Made by a program: the position numbers and the translations under genes. A stretch of 33,721 nt of DNA, taken from contig CAYIZA010000004.1 in the NCBI GenBank assembly GCA_964367965.1, positions 1 to 33,721 on the forward strand. Direction: 5' to 3'. Position 1 is the stretch's first letter. Each line of letters opens with the position of its first letter. Positions 22,965 through 31,990 of this stretch are shown here, piece by piece. The stretch is from an uncultured Christensenella sp. (GTDB lineage Bacteria; Bacillota; Clostridia; Christensenellales; UBA1242). The notes beneath the pieces are model-generated. The model saw nothing but the letters and a program-made list of their open reading frames with translations. It was not told the DNA's origin and made no database searches.

Positions 22965-23219
22965 ATGGCAATTTCGGAAAGAATGTGTGTGGTAACCCGT
23001 ACTCAAAAACCCAAATCTGAACTGATTCGTCTGGTCAGCCTGGATGGAAATATCCTTATTGATCGCAAACAAAAGATGCAGGCACGGGGAGTTTGGGTCA
23101 GCAAGGACCCGGCGATACTGGACAGACTGATAAAGTCTAAAGCACTAAACCGAGCCTTTAAAAAGGAAGTCAGTCCTGAAATATATGAGGAGTTAAAGAG
23201 GGAGATAGTTGGAGAGTAA
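22965..23219 (+). CDS. ylxR: YlxR/RnpM family (DUF448) RNA-binding protein
   Basis: RMCVVTRTQKPKSELIRLV...RGVWV...ALNRAFK matches the DUF448 pattern. The position after nusA is conserved. Confidence 0.85.
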   Translation: MAISERMCVVTRTQKPKSELIRLVSLDGNILIDRKQKMQARGVWVSKDPAILDRLIKSKALNRAFKKEVSPEIYEELKREIVGE

Positions 23220-23499
23220 ACTTAAAAATTATCTGGGTCTTGCTCGGCGTGCAGATGCGCTGGTGTTTGGCATAGACAATATAAAAGCCAGTCGAGTACC
23301 TATGTTCTGCATAGTGCTGAGCGCGGATGCCAGCCCCAAACTGAGGGAAGCGGTAACACTGCTGGCTGGCACTCGGGGAATTCCCCTAAAAGCGCTTACC
23401 CAAACCCGGCTGGACGACCTGATACACACCAAAAACTGTAAGGTCATAGCATTAAAAAATGCAGACTTATCAAAACCAATTTTAAACATTGAGGAGTAA
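23209..23499 (+). CDS. ylxQ: L7Ae-family ribosomal-protein-like YlxQ
   Basis: TTG start overlapping the end of ylxR. LKNYLGLARRADALVFGIDNI is present. The small size and the conserved nusA-ylxR-ylxQ-infB order support the call. Confidence 0.8.
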   Translation: MESKLKNYLGLARRADALVFGIDNIKASRVPMFCIVLSADASPKLREAVTLLAGTRGIPLKALTQTRLDDLIHTKNCKVIALKNADLSKPILNIEE

Positions 23500-23501
23500 A
23501 A

Positions 23502-25919
23502 GTGAGTAAAGAAAACACCAAGAAAGCGGCAGTCAGTTTTGAAAATCTGCGTACGATTACCCAGATAAACAACAAAGATTTGCTTAGAATGGACAAAGAC
23601 ATTAAGAACCTCCTGGTAAACCTGGACGGTATAAACAGACAGATACGCAATAGTATGCGTAGTCTTTCTGAGCAAAAAATGCAGAAAGTCCGTGAGTCTG
23701 CTGAAATTCAGACTGAGATCAAAGAAACTCCTCAGGTGGAAAAAAAGGTTATAGAGAAAGCACAGCCTGAAGTTCGTTCGCCGAGGCCGGCTTATCCGTC
23801 ACAAGAGAGCCCCCGACCTTTTGCCAACCAGCAAAGGCCTTTTAGAGACCAACAGAACCGACCGCCCCGTCCTTTTAACCAGGGACAAGTTACCGGCGCT
23901 AGTACTCCGAATAGAACAGCCCGACCAGGTGGAACAACGGAGGCGGCTCGTCCGACCTTTGCTCCAACTCAAAAGAGAGTGTTTGATAAGAAGAAAGACA
24001 ACGATAAAAGAGATCGTGATTTTGACCGAGGTAAGTCCAAACGGTCTCTTATGAGGAGAGGGCTGATAGAGGAGAGTTCTATCGCTGAACGGATTATGGG
24101 CAGCCGTAAAATAAGGTCTAAAAAATTAAAAGAAGAGCCTGTTCTGATTCAGGCAAAGATTGAGCATGCCATAATCAACACCGAGAACCTGACAGTAAAA
24201 CAACTCAGCGAGCGCACTGGCCGTACCGTTTCTGAGTTACTCAAACAACTTATGGTGCTTGGAATTATGTCCAATGTAAACAGCGCCATTGACTTTCCAA
24301 CCGCAGAACTGGTGGCAAGTGAGTTGGGCGTAGTGCTGGAACAAAAACTAGAAAAGACTTATGAGGAAAAACTCGCTGATGAATTCAGCCCAGTGGAAAC
24401 TGACAGCAAAAACTCAGTGGTTCGTCCGCCTATAGTGGCAGTGTTGGGGCATGTAGACCATGGTAAGACCTCTCTGTTGGACTACATCCGCAGTTCACAT
24501 ATAGCGAGCGGAGAAGCAGGTGGCATCACCCAGAATATATCTGCATATCAGATTGAGAAAAAAGGCAAAAAGATAACTTTCATAGACACTCCCGGACACG
24601 AAGCGTTCAGCGCTATGCGTGCCCGTGGTGCTAGTGTTACCGATGTGGCAATCCTAGTGGTTGCTGCTGATGACGGTATAAAACCGCAGACCTTGGAGGC
24701 AATCAAACACATAAAGGAAGCCAAGGTGCCTATGCTGGTGGCGGTCAACAAAATGGACAAACAGGAAGCCAACTTTGAGCGTGTTAAAGAACAACTCGCT
24801 AAGTACGAAATCATCGCTGAAGATTGGGGTGGAGATACCATAATTCTGCCTATCTCGGCACTGACCGGGAGCGGCGTTGAAAAACTTTTGGAGATGATTC
24901 TATTGGTTGCCGATATGCAGGAACTCAAGGCCGACCCTACCGTTCGGGCGCAGGGTATGGTTATCGAGGCGAAGTTGGACAAGGGCAAAGGACCCGTTGC
25001 GACCGCTATTATTCTCAATGGTAGCCTCAAGGTGGGCGATACCGTTATTTCCGGTGTAAATGTCGGAAAGGTGCGGGCAATTCTGGACGACAAGGGTGCA
25101 AGCATACGCAAAGCACTGCCGTCCGCTCCGGTGGCAGTTCTCGGACTGGACGGAGTACCCAACGCCGGTGACAACTTCTATGTTGTAGATGAGAAGATGA
25201 GCAAGCAGGTACTTGCAGAACGAAAGCGGAAGGTGCAGACCGATAAGGTCAACACCAAGCCTAATTTCTCCATTGAAGAATTTTTGGCGAAGAGTGCAGA
25301 CAGTGACAAAAAGGTGTTGAACCTGATTGTAAAGACTGATGTTCAAGGTTCTTTTGAGGCACTTACTGAGATTTTAAACAATATCAGCAATGACGAAGTT
25401 CGGGTGGAGTGTATTCACGGCGGAGTTGGGGCAATCAATGAAAATGATGTACTTCTGGCGAAGTCGGCAAAGGCAATTCTGGTTGGATTTAATGTCAAAC
25501 CGGACAGCAAATCCGGCATCCTCATTGAACACGAAAAACTTTCGCTCTTCCTTTCTAAAATCATCTACCAGGTGATTGAGTATGTAGAAAAAGTGATAAA
25601 ATCTATGCGTGAGCCGGTGTTTGAAGAACGAATCATCGGGCATGCTGAAGTCATCCGAACCTTTAAAATCAGCCGCCTTGGCACCATTGCCGGTTGTATT
25701 ATGAAAGACGGTAAGATAATGAAAAATGCAAAGATTAGGCTCTTCCGTGGTGAAGAAAAGTTGGCTGATACCAGCATCACCACACTGCAGCGTGAAAAGC
25801 AGGATGTCAAGGAAGTCGTTCAGGGTATGGAGTGCGGTATCAAATTAGAGGGGCATAACGATATTCTGGTCGGCGATAAGGTAGAGGCTTATATCATCGA
25901 AGAAATTCAACGGGATTAA
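23502..25919 (+). CDS. infB: Translation initiation factor IF-2
   Basis: GTG start after GAGGAG. A P/Q/R-rich N-terminal region precedes the GTPase motifs (RPPIVAVLGHVDHGKTSLLD, DTPGHEAF, NKMD) and the C-terminal domains. Confidence 0.97.
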   Translation: MSKENTKKAAVSFENLRTITQINNKDLLRMDKDIKNLLVNLDGINRQIRNSMRSLSEQKMQKVRESAEIQTEIKETPQVEKKVIEKAQPEVRSPRPAYPSQESPRPFANQQRPFRDQQNRPPRPFNQGQVTGASTPNRTARPGGTTEAARPTFAPTQKRVFDKKKDNDKRDRDFDRGKSKRSLMRRGLIEESSIAERIMGSRKIRSKKLKEEPVLIQAKIEHAIINTENLTVKQLSERTGRTVSELLKQLMVLGIMSNVNSAIDFPTAELVASELGVVLEQKLEKTYEEKLADEFSPVETDSKNSVVRPPIVAVLGHVDHGKTSLLDYIRSSHIASGEAGGITQNISAYQIEKKGKKITFIDTPGHEAFSAMRARGASVTDVAILVVAADDGIKPQTLEAIKHIKEAKVPMLVAVNKMDKQEANFERVKEQLAKYEIIAEDWGGDTIILPISALTGSGVEKLLEMILLVADMQELKADPTVRAQGMVIEAKLDKGKGPVATAIILNGSLKVGDTVISGVNVGKVRAILDDKGASIRKALPSAPVAVLGLDGVPNAGDNFYVVDEKMSKQVLAERKRKVQTDKVNTKPNFSIEEFLAKSADSDKKVLNLIVKTDVQGSFEALTEILNNISNDEVRVECIHGGVGAINENDVLLAKSAKAILVGFNVKPDSKSGILIEHEKLSLFLSKIIYQVIEYVEKVIKSMREPVFEERIIGHAEVIRTFKISRLGTIAGCIMKDGKIMKNAKIRLFRGEEKLADTSITTLQREKQDVKEVVQGMECGIKLEGHNDILVGDKVEAYIIEEIQRD

Positions 25920-25934
25920 TTAAAAGGAGCAAGT

Positions 25935-26288
25935 ATGAAGAACAGGCTCAACAGGATTAACTCTGAAGTGAAAAAGGTGCTGGCAAACAGCCTCATCCTG
26001 CTGAGAGACCCACAAATCAGTGGGTTTGTCACCATTACTAAGGTGGAAACCAGCGCCGACATAGGACACACCAAGGTGTGGGTGGGTATTTTGGCATCCA
26101 ACGACCAGGAAAGAGAAAAAACCTTCAAGGCGCTCCAGTCCAGCAGCAGTTTTTTCCGGAGAGAGTTAGCACATAAACTCAATATGCGTATTACCCCGGA
26201 GGTTCATTTCTTTATCGATAACGGACTTCTGGAAAACCAAAAGATGGAGGCGCTTTTACAGAGTATCAATATTCCAAAGGAGGAATAA
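25935..26288 (+). CDS. rbfA: Ribosome-binding factor A
   Basis: RLNRINSEVKKVLANSLILLRDPQISGFVTITKVETSADIGHTKVWV matches the RbfA KH-like fold pattern. The position after infB is conserved. Confidence 0.9.
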   Translation: MKNRLNRINSEVKKVLANSLILLRDPQISGFVTITKVETSADIGHTKVWVGILASNDQEREKTFKALQSSSSFFRRELAHKLNMRITPEVHFFIDNGLLENQKMEALLQSINIPKEE

Positions 26289-26291
26289 GCA

Positions 26292-27251
26292 GTGCAGTTT
26301 TCAACCAGGTTAAAAAAAGCGATTAAAGAGGCAGGTAGCATTGCCATTTTCACTCATCGGGACAATGACCACGACACTATTTGCAGCGCAGTTACACTCA
26401 AACTCTTTTTGCGTAAAATGGGGAAGACTAGCACAATTTTTGTAGATAAATTGCCTAGCAAGGCCATTGTTGCCATTATCGGGGAGCAGGAATTTGCTAC
26501 CTCGGGCGACCAGGTTTTTGATTTGGGTATAGTGGTGGACTGTGCCGAAAAAAAGCGGCTTCCCGAAAAAAGTATTGATATTTTTCAGAAGTGCAAACAA
26601 ACCTTTAATATCGACCATCATGTCAGCAATCTCAGGTACGCCGATTACAACTTTGTACGACCTATGTCCAGTGCCTGCGAGGTTATCTTCTGGCTTTTCA
26701 GGAGTGAAAAGTTGTTAGACGCAACCACCGCCAGACTGCTCTATGCCGGCATATATATGGACTCAGGGGCATTAAAATACTCCAGCGCAAACTCCAAGAC
26801 TCATCGCTGTGCGGCAGAACTTATGAAGCATTGCCCTACAGTAAACGATGACTTTTTTGTCTGCTTTGGAGTTGCAGGGCGGGAGAATTTTGAAATCACA
26901 AAAAGAGCGATTAATTCTATTCGCTTTTTCAAAATGGGGCAGATTGCAGTGTCCATCCTCAAAAAGGAGGACTTTCTCGCTGCCAAATGTCCCCGGGAAG
27001 AGGGCAAGTTTATAGTGACCTATATGCAGTCCATTGCCGGGGTGAAGATTTCTATCAACATAAGCGAAGACACTGAAAACCTCTGGCGCATTTCGCTGCG
27101 AACGCCCCGTGAGGGCATAGACGTCTCCCGGATTGCTCAGCGCTTTCACGGCGGCGGACATGTCAGGGCTGCCGGGCTGACACTAAAAGGCGAACTGGAA
27201 AAAGCACTTCGGGCATTGGTGGCAGAATGCAATAAGGAGTTGAACCGGTGA
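26292..27251 (+). CDS. nrnA: DHH/DHHA1 phosphoesterase (NrnA-like oligoribonuclease/pAp phosphatase)
   Basis: GTG start. The motifs are HRDNDHD, DCAE, the DHH motif NIDHHVSN and the DHHA1 motif FHGGGHVRAAG. Confidence 0.8.
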   Translation: MQFSTRLKKAIKEAGSIAIFTHRDNDHDTICSAVTLKLFLRKMGKTSTIFVDKLPSKAIVAIIGEQEFATSGDQVFDLGIVVDCAEKKRLPEKSIDIFQKCKQTFNIDHHVSNLRYADYNFVRPMSSACEVIFWLFRSEKLLDATTARLLYAGIYMDSGALKYSSANSKTHRCAAELMKHCPTVNDDFFVCFGVAGRENFEITKRAINSIRFFKMGQIAVSILKKEDFLAAKCPREEGKFIVTYMQSIAGVKISINISEDTENLWRISLRTPREGIDVSRIAQRFHGGGHVRAAGLTLKGELEKALRALVAECNKELNR

Positions 27252-28096
27252 ACGGATTTTTCAATCTCAACAAAGCGGTTGGGATAAGTTCGGCAAAGGC
27301 AATATGGCAACTGAGAAAAAAACTTAATTTGCAAGGAAAAATAGGGCATATGGGCACCCTGGATCCTCTCGCCGAGGGGGTTCTGGTGGTAGCAGTGGGG
27401 AGGGCAAACCGGCTGTTCGAATTTATGCTCAGCAAGCGGAAGCGCTATCGTACCGTATTTGAGTTTGGTTTTCAGACCGCCAGTCTGGACTGCGAGAGTC
27501 AGGAAATCGTCGCTCAAAGTGATTATATTCCAACCAAAGCAGAGATTGAGAAAGCGCTGCCCGAAATGACAGGTGTTCAACTTCAGACCGCCCCGGCGTT
27601 CTCTGCTAAGAGTATCAGCGGCAGGCGAGCCTATGAGTTTGCCCGAAAGGGCGAGGCGGTTGATATTAAACCGCACAGCATTGAAATCTATTCCATAGTG
27701 CTTTTGAGCCAGCCGACTGACACCAGTTTTGAGTTTGAAATTGAGTGCAGCGGAGGCACCTATATTCGCAGTATCTGCCGGGATTTGGCAAAGCGGCTGG
27801 GCGGTTATGCCACTATGATAGCGTTGCAACGCACCCGGTGCGGGCCTTTTGATATAGCAGATGCTCGGTCGCTGGAGCAAGCCGAAATCAGCGATATGCT
27901 ACCGATTGACACAGTTGTCGCCGAGTTGCCGGTTCTAGAACTCAAAGCCGAAGAGATTCAGAGAATCCACAACGGACTTTCACTAGACTGTGCGCAAAAC
28001 AGTGGCAGTTATCGGGTATATCAGGATGGCGAACTGCAAGGGTTAGTACAGGTGGACAATAAAGGTGGTATCAAAATTAAACCGTGGTTGGTGTAG
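27248..28096 (+). CDS. truB: tRNA pseudouridine(55) synthase
   Basis: GTG start with a 4-nt overlap with nrnA. GFFNLNKAVGISSAKAIWQLRKKL..GHMGTLDPLAEGVLVVAVGRANRL contains the catalytic Asp motif. GTYIRSICRDLA is also present. Confidence 0.93.
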   Translation: MNGFFNLNKAVGISSAKAIWQLRKKLNLQGKIGHMGTLDPLAEGVLVVAVGRANRLFEFMLSKRKRYRTVFEFGFQTASLDCESQEIVAQSDYIPTKAEIEKALPEMTGVQLQTAPAFSAKSISGRRAYEFARKGEAVDIKPHSIEIYSIVLLSQPTDTSFEFEIECSGGTYIRSICRDLAKRLGGYATMIALQRTRCGPFDIADARSLEQAEISDMLPIDTVVAELPVLELKAEEIQRIHNGLSLDCAQNSGSYRVYQDGELQGLVQVDNKGGIKIKPWLV

Positions 28097-28111
28097 AAAA
28101 AGGAGGAGAAA

Positions 28112-28960
28112 ATGGTAAGATTTGGGCCTGCTGGAAACAGCGAAGTGTTCTATAGCGAGGGATATAAGGATAGTTTTCAGGCGCCGAAATGGCTGTCTGA
28201 AATGGGACTTAAAGCATATGAATACAGTTTGACTTTGGGGCGCTATCTCAGCGAAGAGACCGCCAAAAAACTGGGCGAGCAGGCAAAACTTTATGACATT
28301 GAGGTCAGTGTGCATGGCCCCTATTTCATAAATTTTTGCAATATTAGCGATATCTCCAGGGAAAACAACTCTAAATTCCTGCTAAATTCGCTGAAGAATC
28401 TTAAAGATATTGGCGGACGCCGCTGTATCTTCCATATCGGCTCACAGATGAAGATGACCCGGGAGGAGGCTATGCGGAATTTAAAGACCAGTTTTTTGGA
28501 GTTCCTAGATGAGTTCTACCAGGCGGGCTATGACGGATTTTATCTGATGCCGGAAACTATGGGAAAGTTCTCTCAGATTGGAACAGTGGAAGAAATTCTG
28601 GAGATTGCCAGTTGGGATAAATCAATTATCCCGTGTTTCGACTTCGGGCATATCAACAGTCTGACCGGTGGCAAGATGAACAGCAAGCAGGCTTTTCTGG
28701 ATGTCTTCAACCGTGGAATTGAGAAAATCGGGCGGGAGAAAATGCAGAAGTGTCACATTCACTTCTCCAAGATTAAATATGGAGAAAAAGGCGAGATTGC
28801 CCACCTGACTTTTGCCGACGACAAATATGGGCCGGACTTTGAACCGATGCTGGATGCAATTTTCGAGTTAGGGCTGGAGCCGATTATCATCTGTGAATCC
28901 AAGGGTACTCAGGCACCCGATGCAGTAAAAATGTTAGAATATTTCAAGAAATTAAGTTGA
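28112..28960 (+). CDS. Xylose-isomerase-like TIM-barrel protein of the AP endonuclease 2 (endonuclease IV-like) family
   Basis: RFGPAGNS, AYEYSLTLG, VHGPYFIN, IFHIGS, MPETMGK, FDFGHIN, HIHFSKIKYGEKGEIAH and IICESKG look like the metal-ligand ladder of Nfo-like TIM barrels. The specific activity cannot be assigned. Confidence 0.6.
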   Translation: MVRFGPAGNSEVFYSEGYKDSFQAPKWLSEMGLKAYEYSLTLGRYLSEETAKKLGEQAKLYDIEVSVHGPYFINFCNISDISRENNSKFLLNSLKNLKDIGGRRCIFHIGSQMKMTREEAMRNLKTSFLEFLDEFYQAGYDGFYLMPETMGKFSQIGTVEEILEIASWDKSIIPCFDFGHINSLTGGKMNSKQAFLDVFNRGIEKIGREKMQKCHIHFSKIKYGEKGEIAHLTFADDKYGPDFEPMLDAIFELGLEPIIICESKGTQAPDAVKMLEYFKKLS

Positions 28961-28985
28961 TATTTTCATTTATTTGTGATATTAT
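28957..28985 (+). promoter_or_regulatory. Putative sigma-A promoter for efp (TTGATA-17-TGaTATTAT)
   Basis: TTGATA at 28957-28962 overlaps the upstream stop codon. A 17-nt spacer follows, then TATTAT at 28980-28985 preceded by TGA. Confidence 0.5.
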
Positions 28986-29013
28986 CTATTAGATTATTAT
29001 TAGGAGAATTTTT

Positions 29014-29571
29014 ATGGTTTCAGCAGGAGAATTGAGAAAGGGGCATTTTTTTGAGCGCAACGGACAGGTGTTCACTGTTATGGACTTTGAACACAATAAA
29101 CATGGACGGGGTGGTGCCGTAGTCTGGATTAAGATGAAAAATGTGCTGACCGGTGCGGTGGTGGAAGACACTTTTAACCCGACGGACAAGTTTCCTACAG
29201 TGTCTTTTACCGAAAAAGAGATGACCTATCTCTACAACGACGGCAACCTGTATTATTTTATGGACCCGGAGACCTTCGACCAGATTCCGTACGAGAAGAG
29301 TTTTGTGGAAGAAATTTTGCCTTATGTGTTGGAAAACACCAATGTGTTTGTGCGATTTGTGGGAGAGAAGGCTTTTAGCGTAAACCCACCACTTTTTGTG
29401 ACTCTGGAGGTTAGTGAGTGTGAACCCGGCATCCAGGGTGACAGCACTAAAGCATCTTTCAAACCGTCCCGTGTGGAAACCGGACTGGTAGTCCAGGTGC
29501 CTTTGTTTATAAACCAGGGTGAGAAGATAAAGATAGACACCCGAACCGGCGAGTATGTTGAGCGTGCCTAG
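29014..29571 (+). CDS. efp: Elongation factor P (Arg32-type loop)
   Basis: The 185-aa protein reads MVSAGELRKGHFFERNGQVFTVMDFEHNKHGRGGAVVWIKMKNVLTGAVVEDTF. Downstream OB domains are present (GIQGDSTKASFKPSRVETGLVVQVPLFINQGEKIKIDTRTGEYVERA). Confidence 0.93.
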   Translation: MVSAGELRKGHFFERNGQVFTVMDFEHNKHGRGGAVVWIKMKNVLTGAVVEDTFNPTDKFPTVSFTEKEMTYLYNDGNLYYFMDPETFDQIPYEKSFVEEILPYVLENTNVFVRFVGEKAFSVNPPLFVTLEVSECEPGIQGDSTKASFKPSRVETGLVVQVPLFINQGEKIKIDTRTGEYVERA

Positions 29572-29643
29572 CAAAGCATAAACATTAAAGGTAATTGCTT
29601 TTATATCTAAATGTAATCAGCCTCATCTTTAATAACAACCATT

Positions 29644-29666
29644 AAAAGAGTTCAGGCTCTTTTTTT
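29644..29666 (+). terminator. Weak candidate terminator after efp
   Basis: AAAAGAG-ttcagg-CTCTTTT is followed by TTT. The stem is A/T-rich, so this is tentative. Confidence 0.3.
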
Positions 29667-29976
29667 GTTAATTTTTTTAAGAGTTTAACTATTAGGGGCT
29701 GGTTCTCTACTTTTTTTAGATGATTTTTTAACAGTTTTTTCTCGACAACTTTGCACTCAAATGCCTGTTTTTAAAAACACCGCCCCCTTGCCATATAGTC
29801 TTCAAAAACCATCGTTTTTTGTTAAAATGCAAAAAAACAGCCTAAAAAACACTAAATTTTGCGAAAAATCGGCATATTTTTTACATTTTTGAAATTTTAT
29901 CGCTTAATCAGAGCTTGTCCCTTTTTGTTCTAACCGCCCTCGCTGCTCAATATAATTATTACAAAGGGGAGGAGTT

Positions 29977-30894
29977 ATGTTCGCAAATATCCTGCCGGAG
30001 CGTATCAATCGTGGGCTGAATTGTCTGCATCATAAAGGTTTGCGTGAAATTCGTATACGGGTCGACCAGCCGGTGGTGGTTGATTTTGGCTCGCTCTTTT
30101 TTCTGGGCGAAAATGGCATTGTGGACGACCAGCAGCAAGCGCTGGTCTGCAACTTTAAAGAACTGGCAGATATCGTCTTCAAGGCGTGCGAGTTTTCAAT
30201 CTATGCCCACAATGAAGAACTCAAGTTGGGATATGTCACCTTGGCAGGTGGCGAACGGGTGGGCATCTGTGGCGAACTGGTATTCGAGAACGGCACTGTT
30301 CGAACGCTGAAGAATTTTTCCTCTATAAATATCCGGATTCCTCACCAAATTCCAAACTGTTCGCTCAAGGCGCTGTCCTATTTGTATGACGAAAAAGGTG
30401 CCTTTAACACTTTAATCATCGCCCCTCCGGGCGCCGGAAAGACCACTTTTTTGCGTGACCTTTGCGCTCAGTTCTCCAATAAATTTATTGCAAAAAACCT
30501 GCTTGTGATTGACGAACGGGGTGAGATTGCCAGTTGCCGGAACGGTCGGGCTCAGATGAATGTCGGTATGACCACCGATATTTTAACACACTGCAGCAAG
30601 GCGTTCGGGTTGGAGAACGGTATCCGCACCCTCGCCCCCGAGGTTATTTTTATGGACGAACTTGCCCGACCGGCAGACATTGAGGCGCTGGACTACGCAA
30701 TCGGCGCTGGGGTCAAGGTGGTAGCGACAGCGCACGCATCTAACCTCAGCGAGTTTCTGAAGCGCCCTTATTTCAAAAATATAATAAAGGCAGGGGTCTT
30801 CCAGCGCATAGTGGAACTCTCCAATCGCTCCGGGGCGGGAACGCTGGAGGGTGTATATAACGAGAACCAAATCTCTCTGATGAGTGGGGTATAG
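29977..30894 (+). CDS. spoIIIAA: Stage III sporulation protein AA (ATPase)
   Basis: GLREIRIRVDQPVVV, Walker A (IIAPPGAGKTTFLRDL), Walker B (VIFMDEL) and the ATAHA motif are present. It is the first gene of a spoIIIA-ordered cluster downstream of efp, as in Bacillus. Confidence 0.9.
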   Translation: MFANILPERINRGLNCLHHKGLREIRIRVDQPVVVDFGSLFFLGENGIVDDQQQALVCNFKELADIVFKACEFSIYAHNEELKLGYVTLAGGERVGICGELVFENGTVRTLKNFSSINIRIPHQIPNCSLKALSYLYDEKGAFNTLIIAPPGAGKTTFLRDLCAQFSNKFIAKNLLVIDERGEIASCRNGRAQMNVGMTTDILTHCSKAFGLENGIRTLAPEVIFMDELARPADIEALDYAIGAGVKVVATAHASNLSEFLKRPYFKNIIKAGVFQRIVELSNRSGAGTLEGVYNENQISLMSGV

Positions 30895-30895
30895 A

Positions 30896-31372
30896 ATGAG
30901 TATAAATCTGATTGTTGGGTTAGTGCTATTCGGCTGTATTTTATATATCGGCTGGAATATGTATCAAAATTATCGAAAAAGAGTGCTTTTTTATGGTGAT
31001 TTTTTGCAATTTTGCGAAATTCTGGAAACTGAGGTTGCTTTTTTTCAAAATAAAATCAATGAAATTTTGCAGAAGAATGAATATAAATCCGACTTTAGCG
31101 GAGTGCTGAAAGACTTTGCTGAAAACAAAAATTTGGAAGCATGGGCAAAGGAGCAGAAACTTCTGGGCACTCAGGAGGTGGATGAGTTGAAAAACTTCTT
31201 TGCCAAACTAGGTCGGGTAGACAGTACCACTCAGACCAAAGAAATCCAGAACTTTAAAGAGGTGTTGCGTGCCAAACAGGATGAAGTGAAAAAACTGCAG
31301 CAGAAAAAAGGTAAATTGGTGCTCAGCCTGAGTATCATGCTCGGACTGGCGGTTCTCATTATAATAGTGTAG
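30896..31372 (+). CDS. spoIIIAB: Stage III sporulation protein AB
   Basis: ATG 30896 lies directly after the spoIIIAA stop; the track start GTG 30884 overlaps it. The protein has an N-terminal TM (INLIVGLVLFGCILYIGW), a helical cytoplasmic domain and a C-terminal TM (LVLSLSIMLGLAVLIIIV). The call rests on size, topology and operon position. Confidence 0.7.
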   Translation: MSINLIVGLVLFGCILYIGWNMYQNYRKRVLFYGDFLQFCEILETEVAFFQNKINEILQKNEYKSDFSGVLKDFAENKNLEAWAKEQKLLGTQEVDELKNFFAKLGRVDSTTQTKEIQNFKEVLRAKQDEVKKLQQKKGKLVLSLSIMLGLAVLIIIV

Positions 31373-31381
31373 GAGAGAGAT

Positions 31382-31579
31382 ATGGATGTTGAAATAATCT
31401 TAAAAATCGCAGGCATAGGGGTGCTGGTGGCTGTGGTTGCGCAGGTTTTGAAACAGGCAGGCAAGGAGGAGATTGCCACCCTGGTTACTCTTGCCGGTCT
31501 AGTGGTAGTGCTGGTTATGGTAGTCGATATGATAAGTGAACTCTTCAGTGCGGTGGGGAATATGTTTTATCTGTTTTAG
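31382..31579 (+). CDS. spoIIIAC: Stage III sporulation protein AC
   Basis: The 65-aa, two-TM protein contains ILKIAGIGVLVAVVAQVLKQAGKEE..VTLAGLVVVL, which resembles B. subtilis SpoIIIAC (IFQIAGVGIVVAFLHTILDQMGKKE). Confidence 0.85.
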   Translation: MDVEIILKIAGIGVLVAVVAQVLKQAGKEEIATLVTLAGLVVVLVMVVDMISELFSAVGNMFYLF

Positions 31580-31600
31580 GGGGTGCAGGAGGCGCAGATT

Positions 31601-31990
31601 GTGGAAGAACTTTTTAAAATCATCGGCATTGGTTTAATCACTACGGTGAGCGTCCTGATTGTTAAGCCGACTAAGCCTGAAATCGCTCTAGTGCTTGGGG
31701 TGGCTGGCAGCGTCCTGGTTTTTCTCTACATAGTGGACTTGCTTGAACAGGTGATAGGACTCTTTGACTATATTATGCAGAAGACTAATCTGGACAGCCA
31801 ACTCTTTGTGCTTCTGATAAAGATGGTTGGTGTAGGTTATATAGCAGAATTTTCGGCAGGAATCTGTAATGACAGCGGCAACAGCGCTATCGCCAGTAAG
31901 ATTCTTCTCGCAGGAAAACTGGTGATATTTGTGCTGGCAATTCCGGTGATAACCTCGCTTGTTGAGTTAATTGTGAGCATAATGCCATGA
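31601..31990 (+). CDS. spoIIIAD: Stage III sporulation protein AD
   Basis: GTG 31601 lies 8 nt after GGAGG (31588-31592) and is preferred. The track start GTG 31583 is in-frame but abuts its own SD. IIGIGLITTVSVLIVKPTKPE, GVGYIAEFSAGICNDSGNSAIASKILLAGKL match SpoIIIAD (IVGLGLIAT.., IAYIAEFGAQLTKDAGQGAIASKIELAGKI). Confidence 0.88.
   Translation: MEELFKIIGIGLITTVSVLIVKPTKPEIALVLGVAGSVLVFLYIVDLLEQVIGLFDYIMQKTNLDSQLFVLLIKMVGVGYIAEFSAGICNDSGNSAIASKILLAGKLVIFVLAIPVITSLVELIVSIMP

Noticed and set aside
27146-27880. 244-aa minus-strand ORF
   Set aside because: It is antisense to nrnA/truB and shows no family resemblance.
29020-29574. 184-aa minus-strand ORF
   Set aside because: It is almost exactly antisense to efp, which is unambiguous.
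29872-29967. Sigma-E promoter for spoIIIA (GCATATT at 29872-29878; CAATATAAT near 29959)
   Set aside because: Neither half-site has a partner element at the correct spacing, so no promoter feature was called.
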